Below are positions 38,813 to 49,072 of a stretch of 64,000 nt of DNA, one piece after another. Below the pieces are notes generated by a model that saw nothing but the letters and a program-made list of their open reading frames with translations, was not told the DNA's origin and made no database searches. How positions within the stretch are numbered: position 1 is the stretch's first letter; every line of letters begins with the position of its first letter. Made by a program: the position numbers and the translations under genes. Origin of the DNA: Camelus ferus (taxonomy: Eukaryota); contig NC_045697.1 in the NCBI RefSeq assembly GCF_009834535.1, positions 4,156,001 to 4,220,000 on the forward strand. Direction: 5' to 3'.

Positions 38813-41499
38813 TCTTGCCCTGCTGTCTTTCACGGCCGCACAGACCTCATTGCAGGAATGGGGGACAGCTGGTTAAACAGTCACCTATAGAGAGACTTTA
38901 GGTTGTGTCTAGTTTTTATTTTTCCTCCATTTCACGTGATCCTACAGGTGAAAGCTTGCGCCACGTATCTGAGGATTCATTCCCACAGGTGGGTATTGGA
39001 GGGTCAAAGGGTGTGTGTATTTTTATTCCGATTAATGTAGCCAAGTGTGTGGTGCCAGTCGCCCCAGTCCTCGCTGGCACCAGGGTGTGGGGCTCTCTAC
39101 CCCACTCAGAGTCTATCCTTCGGAAACATTCTCGGGCGTCCACTGCGCTCCCGGCTGCCCGTGTGGGAAGACGCTGAGTGGAGGGCCGTGTCCTGTCCCC
39201 GCCCTCAGGTGTGCTTGGTCACTAGAGCCTGGCCAGGGTTCTGCAGGGACACCTCTCAGGGATGGAGGTTGGCTGGTTGATTTAAGGCCAAGTGCAGGGA
39301 GGTCAGCGGGGGCTGCAAGGGGCTCTCTGCTGGAGGGGTCATCATCTGGGACATCTCTGTTACCTGCCGGGGTCCCCCTGGCCCACTGCCCTGGGCTAAC
39401 TGAGACTTTCTGGGTTAACCAGTGAATGGTCTTCCCCTCCTTCATGCAGTCGCCTCTTACTGCAGCATGTCCCTTTGGGGTCACAACCATTGCCTTGTGG
39501 TCCCTTTGCTTGTCTGCAGCTCTGAGGGGCCAGCCAGGCACAGAGGAAAGGGGCTTGGAAGTGGCAGTTTCCATCTGTGGCCCTGCTCCAGGAGTCCCAG
39601 CTGAAGGCCCTGGGGAGAGTCACTTGGCTTCCATGGCCCCGACTTGCCGACCTGTGGGTCAGCAGGAGTCAGGTGGTGTGATGGGAGGGCCGAGTGGCCA
39701 TGGGACTGGGGGAGGGGCAGAGTGATCAGACTCAAAAGGGACAGGGACATGGAGCAGCAGCCTCGGAGGGCCCCACCCTGAGGGTCCTCTTGGGACCTGA
39801 GCCTGGGCTTTCAGCTCTGAAGCTTGGAGCTCAGTAGGGTGGGTCGGCCCAGGCAGGGCAGGGGGGACCCAGGCAGGGCAGGGTGGTCCCAGGGTGACCG
39901 TTACGAGGGCCACCTGCTATCCTTGGGAGACCAGGGCCTGGGTTCTAGCTGGCCTCCCCTCTCCAGGTGACCTCTGGGGCCTCAGTGTTCCTGTCTGCGA
40001 AGCAGGAATAACAGGTCTCAAATCGGAGGGTGGCTGTGAGAACTATGTGGAAAATGGGTGCAGAGGGCTGCAAACAGGTCTGGTGCAAAGTGCCCAGTAA
40101 ACACTTGCAGGAATGACCCTTCTCAGGAGCTGGTAGCCTTTGGAGACCCCGCTGAGCCATGCCTGCTCTTCTCTGTGTGTGACAGCCACCACGTCCCACA
40201 AGGGCATGCAGGGAGCCTGCCACCCTCCTGCCTCCAGGAGACCTCAACAGATTCTTGCTTCAGGACCAGAGAACTTTTCCAGAATTTTTTAGGATAATAA
40301 GGCAAACGCATCCCCATTGCACTCGGGGGTAGGGAGCCAGTGACTTCGGAGTTGCAGGATGTGCAGGGCTTCTGTATCCCTTTGCTCTCACCATGGACAC
40401 TTGAGAAAAGGGGAAAAGGGGGCTCTAAGGTCAGGGGCTCTTCCAGGTCATGCTGCAGGATTTGATCCCAGGCCGTGTCCCTGTGCACCCGGGCCTTCTT
40501 GGCCAGCAGGGAGCCTTTTCCAAGAAAGATGGGTGTTGTTTTAGATGCGATCGCCAATTTCCTCCTTGTCGTTCAGTTATCAAGAAAACAGTCGTGGTGC
40601 CCCCACAGAGGCGGGAGTGAAGGCGAAGCCTGCCCCAGGGCCCTGGTCATCTCTGCTGGTGAGAGGGGGTGGGTGGTGTGGGGCTGGGCCTTGAAATTTC
40701 CATGGCATCCTGGGTGTCGATGAGTGCCCGCCTCCCTCCATCACATTTACCCTGAGCTCTTCCTCCGCAGAGAAGAACAACAGCCGTTGGAGGGTTATTT
40801 CAAGGGGATTCCCATGGAAACGGAGAGTAGGCGGCTCCTCTGTGCTCTTGTGTAGTGGGAGTTGCCAGGGCTGCATGTCCCCCACTGATGGGTGTGGGGG
40901 CCTCTGCCAGGACCTTTCCTGCACCTCTTAGGCCTCTGGCTGGGAGTCACGGGCTCCCCGCTCCACGTTCTCCTCGGCCAGTGAGTGTAAGCCCACCGGC
41001 ACTGCCCACCCAGGCCCCCAAGGCTCCTGTATACGAGACCCAGGCTGGCTCCCGGGGACCTCCGGAACTGGCCCTCGCCTGCAGCTCCCTTTCCTCCGGC
41101 GGGTCTTGAGCTGCAGCCAGCACAGTTCTCCAGCATTCTCTTGGCAGGGCCTCGGTGCTTTGAGCCCGTTAATCAGCTGTTGCCTGGATAAATCCATGCA
41201 CCCCTTAGTTGTCTCCTGCAGCCCTGGTGCATTCATCCACTCACTCCTTTATCCAGCAGGTTTGTTTTTTTCACCAGCAGAACCTTTTGCTCAATGAGAG
41301 ATGGCTGACGTGGACTGCATGACCTCTCTGAGCCTCACCTTTCTCATCTGATTAATGGGAACATGGTTGCCTGCCCTGCCTGCCTCACAGATGGCTGATG
41401 AGGGGCGATGAGAAGGTGTCATCAGTATTTCCATGGCCACGGGGCTTATGGCTGGTGGACAAGTTTTCGTTGATCCTTACGTTAGTCCCACAAGGTGGG

Positions 41500-42070
41500 T
41501 GGTATTAATTTCCATTTTACAGATGAGGAAACTGAGGCTCAGGAAGGCGGCATGATCTTTGCTCACTCCTGGGAAGAGGTAGATCTGGGACTCAAGCCCA
41601 GGTCTGACTCCAACTCCGGTGCTCTTTGCAAAGGTCCAGTTGCTTCCCAGTGGACTGGTTGCCAGGCCTGGCAGTGGGGGTGGGTTAAGACCACATTGAG
41701 GCGAAAATTAGTCTCAACTCAGGGGTGGGGCTGGGGAAGTAATGTCCCCTGCTCTTCCAAGTCAAGTCGTGCTTGGTGGGAGTTTGGGTGGGGTGGGGGA
41801 ACTCTGTCCTTTTGGCCCGGGGTGGGGGCGGGGTTGGGTTTGAAGTTGCGGCACAGACTCCTCAGGATAGTAACTAACATTTTCTGGGCACTCCTACAGG
41901 TCAAGTACTGTTCCGAGCACTTTACCTTGATCTTCATCATGTCCCTGTAGGGTAGGTCCGTCATCATTGACTTGTCACAGGTGAGGAAGCTGAGGTGCAG
42001 AGAGGTCAGGGAATGTGCCTGGAGCTCCGCAGCCTGGAGGTGGCAGAACCCACGCCCAGGAAACACTGGC
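41500..42070. mobile_element. Two MIR fragments (~41500-41620, ~41870-42070)
   Basis: CCATTTTACAGATGAGGAAACTGAGGCTCAG; ACAGGTGAGGAAGCTGAGGTGCAGAGAGGT. Confidence 0.65.
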
Positions 42071-45000
42071 TCTCGGGGCCGGGGTGTGGTCCTTGGGGAG
42101 CATCTGGCGCAGTCCCCTCCGCTGGGCTTGAGCCCTCGTGTCCCCTCAGGGGTGGCAGGTCTGCTACTCCTGCTTCAGGTTCTGGGACACATGAGGGCTT
42201 CCCTGGGAACATCGCGTCAAGGTGAGAACGTCTGGAGCGAGCAGGAGCCTTGATGCTCAGAAAGGCCGCTGAGCCGCTTGGGTTGGTGACAGTTGTACAT
42301 TTAGAACTCCGTTTTTCTGAAACTACAATCTCACCAGCCTATTTACGAAGCTGCGCTTTTGTAGGAGATGAGCCGTCACCTCACTTGTTCTTTGAATATT
42401 TGGTTAACAGGTGAACAGGCTGAACTTCCTCTGCCATGCTGTTTTTTGCAAATTTAATTAAGTCCCTCTAAATTGGTTCCAGTCGGATTAATTAAGTGCA
42501 TGGTTGCTGGTGCAGACGTGCAAATGATCCCAGTGTGTCATATCTCACCTAGGCAGCGAACACTGGAATATTCTGGAATATTCTTAGGTGTTACAGAGAG
42601 ATTACTGGGAGTCACCCTGAAAAGGCTTCAGGAGAGGTTTTTGAAGCTACCAGGCCATGGATGTGAAGGTACCGCACAGGAGTGCTCCTTGCGGCCTACC
42701 TCCCAGCCTAGTGGACATTCTCTGACTTATGCAGGGTCATCAGAATATGTCACAGCAGAAACTGCTGGGTGCAGACCATCTGCCCGGCTAGTCCTCGCTC
42801 AGAAGCACAGAGACGTTTTTGTCTTTTTGCACCATGATTCTCCTTCCATGTGCAGCTTCCTTGCACTCAAAGAAGTGAAGAAACGAAGCCCTCACCGCAC
42901 CCCCAGTTAGAAAAAAACCTCTGAAATGCACAATCCCTGTCTTTTTATGGTCAGGTGTTTGGGTCCCGATCATTGGCAAAGGGCTGCAGGCAGCTCACAT
43001 ACGTGACCAGGGACGGTGGCTTGTGCTGCTGTTGTGTTGGGCTGAAATAACCCCGGCCTCGTCACACTGCCTTCAAGGCTGCGTGGGCCGAGCGAGGCAG
43101 CCGGGTGCGATGCACCCAGGAGCCATCTGTTTGCATCCCTTGGGCCAGATGGTCTGCAAGGACTGCTAGGGGTGGAGTGGGGAGGGAATACACTTGCCCA
43201 GCCCCCAGCATCTTCCAGAGCCTCTTTATAGCGCTACACGCCGGGCATTGCCACGGTGTTTATACAGACCAGGAACAAGAGGCCCAGAGTGGCTGAGTCA
43301 CCGGGGAAGGTCACACGGCCAGGAAGTGGCAGGGTGGGGTTTGAACTCAGGACTTCCTGACCTTTTAGCTCCTGTTCTTGCCACCAGGCTGCTGAGGGTC
43401 ACAGTCACTGTTCCAGCCACGTGTTGCGGTGACTTGCGGGAAACATCCACAAATAGGGGGTGACTCACGCGGGAGTAAGCTGGCTCCCCTCACCGTGCCT
43501 GACGACCCCGGGGCCCCTGGGTGTCCCTGGGCTCTTGCATGCCAGTTTGGACTGCTTCCTGCTGCAGTGTCGGACAGCCGGGAGGAACGGTTTGGTCTGG
43601 AGGGCAACCTGTGTATGTCAGAGATACCTTTGCCCATAAAAACTTTTGCAATAAAATCAGTAGAAGATGGAGAAGCCAAATTCAGTTTTGAGAGATGGCA
43701 CTGATCCTGTAGAGGCTGAACAGGCAGGAGCACGCACAGAATTAGTCCTGCAAGTGGCTGCTGGGGGGCCTCATACCTCCCGGAAGTTTAGAAAGTTGGG
43801 GGCACTATAGGGCTTTGTTCTCCAGGATGCCGGAGGTCACGGTGTGTGGAAATGGTTGAGGCATGTTGGTAACCAGGCAAGGAGGCCGACAAGCATGGGG
43901 ATTCAGAGTGTGGGCTTCAGAGCCCAGCAGACTCAAGGCCAAGTCCTCCACGTGGCCTTGGGCAAGTCATGCAAATTCTCTGAGCCTCAGTCTCCTCAGC
44001 TGTGGTCAAAAGACTACCAGTGCCTCCCTTGGACAAATTCTGGGGACCCCGAGCACATCGTGGGGCTGCGCTGGGCCCAGCTGCGCAGCTGGCAGCTGCT
44101 GGGCGCTCGGGGCAGCAGTGGGAGCTGGATGCTGGAGTCAGACAGAGTGTGTGCCTCCACAGCCCACTGCTCTCACAGCTTGTGGCCTGGGGTGAGCTGC
44201 TTAATCTCTCTGTCTCTGTTTTTTCATCTGTAAAATGGAGACAATAAAACTAACTCAGGCCCTGGGGTTGTGGGAAGCTTCAATGAGTTAATTCATATAA
44301 AACACTTAGTGAGTGCTCAAGCCACAGCCAGGGGCGGCTCTGATCATCGCGGTGGTCATAATCATAGTCACTGTGTTCTCTCTCCAGCCCACCTGGGCCG
44401 TGTGCTGTTTTTGGTGCACAGTGGGGCCTGATGTGGCCTGAACTGAACTGAGCTGAATGGTCAGCAGAGCATCATTGCCCAGGGGCTGCGGCTGAGGGTA
44501 GGCTCAGCTTCCTGGTGTGGGCTCCGAGTGGGTTGACGCTCCCCTCCCCAACTCTCACCCCAGGCAGGAGAATCACCTGCAGCCTGAGGCCTGGAGGGGA
44601 GCATAGGGCTTCTGCTGGCGAGGGCAGATGGCCGGGAGTGGCAGGCCAGGTGCTGGGAACCAGCCTGGGAGATGGCCTGTTAGACAGACTGGTGGCCTCC
44701 TTGCCCTGGATCCGCCCAAGCCGCTGGCGGTTTCATTGCATGCCAAGATGCCACATGTCACAGCCTTCTGAGTCAAATCAGAATGTGACAGCCTGGGCTC
44801 CGTGGCTCAAGGAACAGGATGCATCCGAGAGTGAGGTGGTCATCTTGGCCAGCTGGCTTCTCCCACCCACAGTCAGTGTTTGGCTCAGATGGGCCTTGTG
44901 CTGGTCTGACCAGGTGGTCAGTGGCTTCTGCCATGGCCTGTGAGATGCGCAGGGAGGCAGTAGGATGGAGAGGGAGGGAACCACATTTGGCTGAGAGCTG

Positions 45001-45086
45001 CATGCACCAGGCACTTATTTCTGATGGTAGCGCTAAGAGGAAGGTCTGTGACCCCAAGTTACAGATGAAGATTTTTAAAGAGATTC

Positions 45087-45088
45087 TT

Positions 45089-45140
<52 letters not shown>

Positions 45141-45212
45141 ATGGAGGTACGGGGGTTGAACCAGGACCTTGTGCTGCTAGGCATGCGCTCTACTGCTGAG
45201 CTCTACACCCCC
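45087..45212 (-). mobile_element. tRNA-derived camelid SINE (Vic-1-like) with (TAAA)n tail
   Basis: Reverse complement reads GGGGGTGTAGAGCTCAGCAGTAGAGCGCATGCCTAGCAGCACAAGGTCCTGGTTCAACCCCCGTACCTCCATT followed by (TAAA)n; degenerate A box and B box present. Confidence 0.8.
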
Positions 45213-45809
45213 GCAGGTGCACATACTGAGACTCAGGGGCTGTGTCCGTGCCCTGAGACGCACAGTGCCAGATGCTGCCATCATCTCATGTGGGTGGGGG
45301 CCCCATCCCCTCTCTTTCCACGACATCACTCTTTATTACATTCCCAGTTCACTCCTGACATTCCTTTCCTCCTCTTGGGATGGTGACGAGGGGAGCAGAG
45401 GCCCGGGCTAAGGGATGGAGGTTGAGACATAAGCAAGGTGCAGGGACCCAGGTGGGCTGGGTGGGTCATATAGCTGCAGGGCAGAGGGTGATGCCCGGAC
45501 CATAAGCCAGGGGAGCATCCCTGGGAGGACTCTCCAGCAAGAGATCACAGCCTGAATAGAGGCCAGGCAGTGAGAAAGTGTGTGTTGGGGGACTTCAGGG
45601 CCTCCACTGAGCAGAAATGTAAAGTCCAAGGTGGGAGTCAGGGTGCAGGTCGTGGAAGCCTTGAAGGGCAGGCTGAGGAGCCTGGACCTTCCCTGCAGCC
45701 AGTGGGGTCAGGCAGGGCTTTGAGCTGAGCGAGAGACCAGAGTTGGGTCAAGAAGGACCACTGTTGTGATCACTGTGGTGTCAGTGTGGAAAAGGGCTTG
45801 AGGATGAGG

Positions 45810-46520
45810 AGGTTGGAGGTGGGGTCTGTGACCGAGGTCACCCAGCCTCTGCCCATGCCCTTCAGACCCTTGTACTGTGTTTATGCAAAGGACCCCTGCA
45901 TCTGGCTCTCCCTCAGGCTGCTAGAGCCCCCTTTGCCTGTGGAGGGAGGTCCTGGGAAGCTGTGTCCTCTGAGGGAAACCCCGCACCCAGTTTGACAGGT
46001 GAGGTGGCACAAATACCCCAGACCCCTCACTCCTGATCAGGGACACCCTGACAGGTGGCTGTGAGCCCTCTCCTTAGTGATGGAGGGATGGACAATGGTG
46101 GGGTAGTGCTCCTTGAGCTGTACTTAAGAGATTAGCAGTTTTCCAGACAGTGATGTGAAAACAAAGGGCAGGCTGAATAGAGTTACTGGCCCCTAAAACT
46201 GTGAGCTAGCACTGTGTGCACGAGGAACGGCAAATAGCAAGGTGTGATTTAAGCTCAAGCTGGCCATGATAGGGCTGGAAGTGTGGATTTGGCTATTAAG
46301 GACCCTGAGAAGTGTATCGAGGCACTTGGACCTACACAGGCCCCAGAGATCCCCACAAGACTGAACCAAAGTCACCCTCCTTGAGACTTTCCTTGGTCAC
46401 ACTCCCCTCTTGGCCTCCTTTCCATCCTGGCCCCACTCCCCACACCCTTTCTAGTTTTTCCTGGGACCACTTCCTAATCACTTCCTCTCAAATCCTTGCT
46501 TCAGGGTCCAACCTAGTACA
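45810..46520 (+). mobile_element. LTR16-family (ERVL) solo LTR, interrupted by duplication copy 1
   Basis: Resembles recalled LTR16 consensus: GCACAAATACCCCAG..CCCTCAC before the insertion; CTACAC..CCCAGAG..TTTCCTGGGA..AATCCTTG..TCAGGGTC..AACCTAGTACA after it. Left boundary approximate. Confidence 0.65.
46057..46331 (+). repeat. Direct duplication, copy 1 (~275 bp)
   Basis: Aligns to 47254-47531 with about 9 substitutions and one 3-bp indel (manual alignment). Confidence 0.95.
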
Positions 46521-46678
46521 GGGAAGCGAAAAGACCAAAGTACTCATTCAAAAGGAAGTTCCGGGACATACCTTGAGACAGGACCTAGGCAGTGGCTGTC
46601 AACTGTGCCAGAAGACTCTGAGACAGTGCCAGATGAGGAGGGAATTTCTGAGGCCCTGGGCTGAACCAGAGCCTGGAA

Positions 46679-46699
46679 GTCAGCACCATGGACAGCGCC
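46679..46699 (+). promoter_or_regulatory. RE1/NRSE (REST/NRSF binding site)
   Basis: GTCAGCACCATGGACAGCGCC matches the canonical NTCAGCACCNNGGACAGCGCC at all informative positions. PPP2R2C is a brain-enriched gene. Confidence 0.85.
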
Positions 46700-47253
46700 G
46701 GGGAAGCACCCAAGTACTGCCTTGGGTCACCCCACTGGCTGGGCCCCAGGGACCACAGCGGGGTGTAAAGAATTCCGCATGTTACATCCAGAGCCAGGCC
46801 GTCCTCTGGTCAGTGCTGTGGTGCCTGGGAGTTGCTGATCTGTCCTCCCCATACCCACCCTGCAAACCCTTGGCCCAGGAGGACAGCCTGACAGGACTCT
46901 GGGCTCCCTGTTTCTGCTTTCCTGCTTATGAGACTGGGTTCCAGCCTGAGTTTGCCAGGACATAGGGCTGTTCAGGCATGAAGCTCTAAAGGTGGATACT
47001 CTTTTCTGAGGACTTCCCAGAAAATGAATCTGAGGGGCATTTGCTCACCAGTCCATCTGTCTGTCCACTTATCTATGTGGATTGCTTTCCAGCTGTTAGC
47101 TGACCCCATGCTATGCACTGGGGACCTGGAGATGGCTAGATCCCCATGGTCATGCCCTGGGGAAGTGGCTGTAGAGGGAAGGACAGTTGGACAGAGACAA
47201 CCACAGTAACCACAGTGTTATCTTCACAAGCTCTAGGAAAGAAGGGACCACAG

Positions 47254-47531
47254 GGCTGTGAGCCCTCTCCTTAGTGATGGAGGGATGGACAATGGTGGGG
47301 TAGTGCTCCTTGAGCTGTACTTAAGAGACTAGCAAGAGTTTTCCAGGCAGTGACGTGAAAATAGAGGGCAGGCTGAATAGAGGTGCTGGCCCCTAAAACT
47401 GTGAGCTAGCACTGTGTGCACGAGGAACGGCAAATAGCAAGGTGTGATTTAAGCTCAAGCTGGCCATGATAGGGCTGGAAGTGTGGATTTGGCTATTAAG
47501 GACCCTGAGAAGTGTACCAAGGCACTTGGAC
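47254..47531 (+). repeat. Direct duplication, copy 2 (probable donor, within L2-like sequence)
   Basis: Aligns to 46057-46331; flanks on both sides continue as L2-like sequence. Confidence 0.9.
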
Positions 47532-48464
47532 ATGACCTGGAGGTATAGCTGTCCCACAGAGGTATTGAACCTGAAGTATGAGAGTCAGATTTTCAATTTA
47601 GGAAGATCTCTCTGGGCCTGGAGGGGAGACTGAACAAGGCAGAGGAGCCTGGAGGCAGGGGTCAGTGGGGAGACTTGCAGACTTTGCAGGGGAGGGGAGC
47701 GTGCACAGGACCCGGTTGTGACCAGAAGCGTTCATCAACCCAGATCACGCACTCCTAATTTAGAAGAAAATTGAGAAGAAGGATACTTTTCATCTCTGCT
47801 CTTCTGGGATGGAAATGAGCTATTTTGAATCACGCTAAAGTTAGAGTTCTAATTTTCGTTTTAATTCATGTCTCATTTAGAGCGTTAGAAACAGAAAAGG
47901 CAGCTCTGTATGAATGTCGTGCCATAAATCAGTGCACGTCACAAAAATGCAGAACAAGTCATTTCTACACGAGTGCACACCCTTGCATTTATAATAAATC
48001 TTATTCTTTACCTTTTTAGGCTTCAGACTAGAGTAATTAGTCATTTCTGCTGATACTGCAAACCACCGCTTATGAAGGGTTAATGGAAAGCAGATTTGTT
48101 TGAACTGCTTTTGCACATGAATGTCACCATGGGCTCTTCTGCCTGTTTCTAAGGGGAAACATCCTGTTTATTCCATTCTTGCCTTTTCTAGAAATTGGTA
48201 TGGCAGGAATAGTAACAAACACCATTTATGGAGTTCTCACCACATCCCTGGCTGGGTGGGGGGCTTCCGTGTGAAGGGATCCCTTGTCCACGTGTAATCT
48301 GCCGTACGTGTTCTGAGGTCCTCTGACTGACCTCATCACGTATGATGTTTGCTCTGTCACTGTGTCACACTATGTCAAATTTCTACTCCCTCAGTTGGGT
48401 CAGGGACCACCTGGATACCACTCATTGTTATTCACTTACTGTTTTTCTTTAAAAATTGGCCCTC

Positions 48465-49072
48465 TGTTGATGGACATTGTCCATGGATGTTGATGGACAA
48501 CCCAAATGTCCATCGACAGATGACTGGATAAAGAAGTTGTGGTACATTTATACAATGGAATACTACTCAGCCATAAAAAAGAATAAAATGATGCCATTTG
48601 CAGCAACATGGAGGGACCTAGAGATCATAATTCTAAGTGAAATAAGCCAGAATGAGAAAGGAAAATTCCATATGATGTCACTCGTATATGGACTCAAAAA
48701 AAAAAAAAAAAGAGGACACAAATGAACTTATTTACAAAACAGAAACTGACTCACAGACATAGTAAACGATCTTATGGCTACCCAGTGGTGGGGTGGGAAG
48801 GGGATGGGAAGGGATAAATCTGGGAGTTTGAGATTTGCAAATATTAACTACTATACATAAAAATAGATAAAAAACAAATTTGTTCTGTATAGCACAGGGA
48901 ACTATGTTTGGTATCTTGTAATAACCTTTAAGGAAAAAGATTATGAGAATGAATATATGTGTATATATATGCATGACTGGGACATTACGCTGTACACCAG
49001 AGATTGACACAATGTAACTGATTGTACTTCAGGATTATTATTATTATTATTATTATCATTTTTATTATTATT
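48465..49072 (+). mobile_element. 5'-truncated young L1 3' end with rearranged 5' junction and (TTA)n tail
   Basis: ORF2 C-terminus (QPKCPSTDDWIKKLWYIYTMEYYSAIKKNKMMPFAATWRDLEIIILSE); TSD AATTGGCCCTC at 48454-48464 and 49073-49083. Confidence 0.9.

Noticed and set aside
45141..45212. tRNA gene
   Set aside because: Degenerate A box, no intact cloverleaf, and a (TAAA)n tail: this is a SINE.
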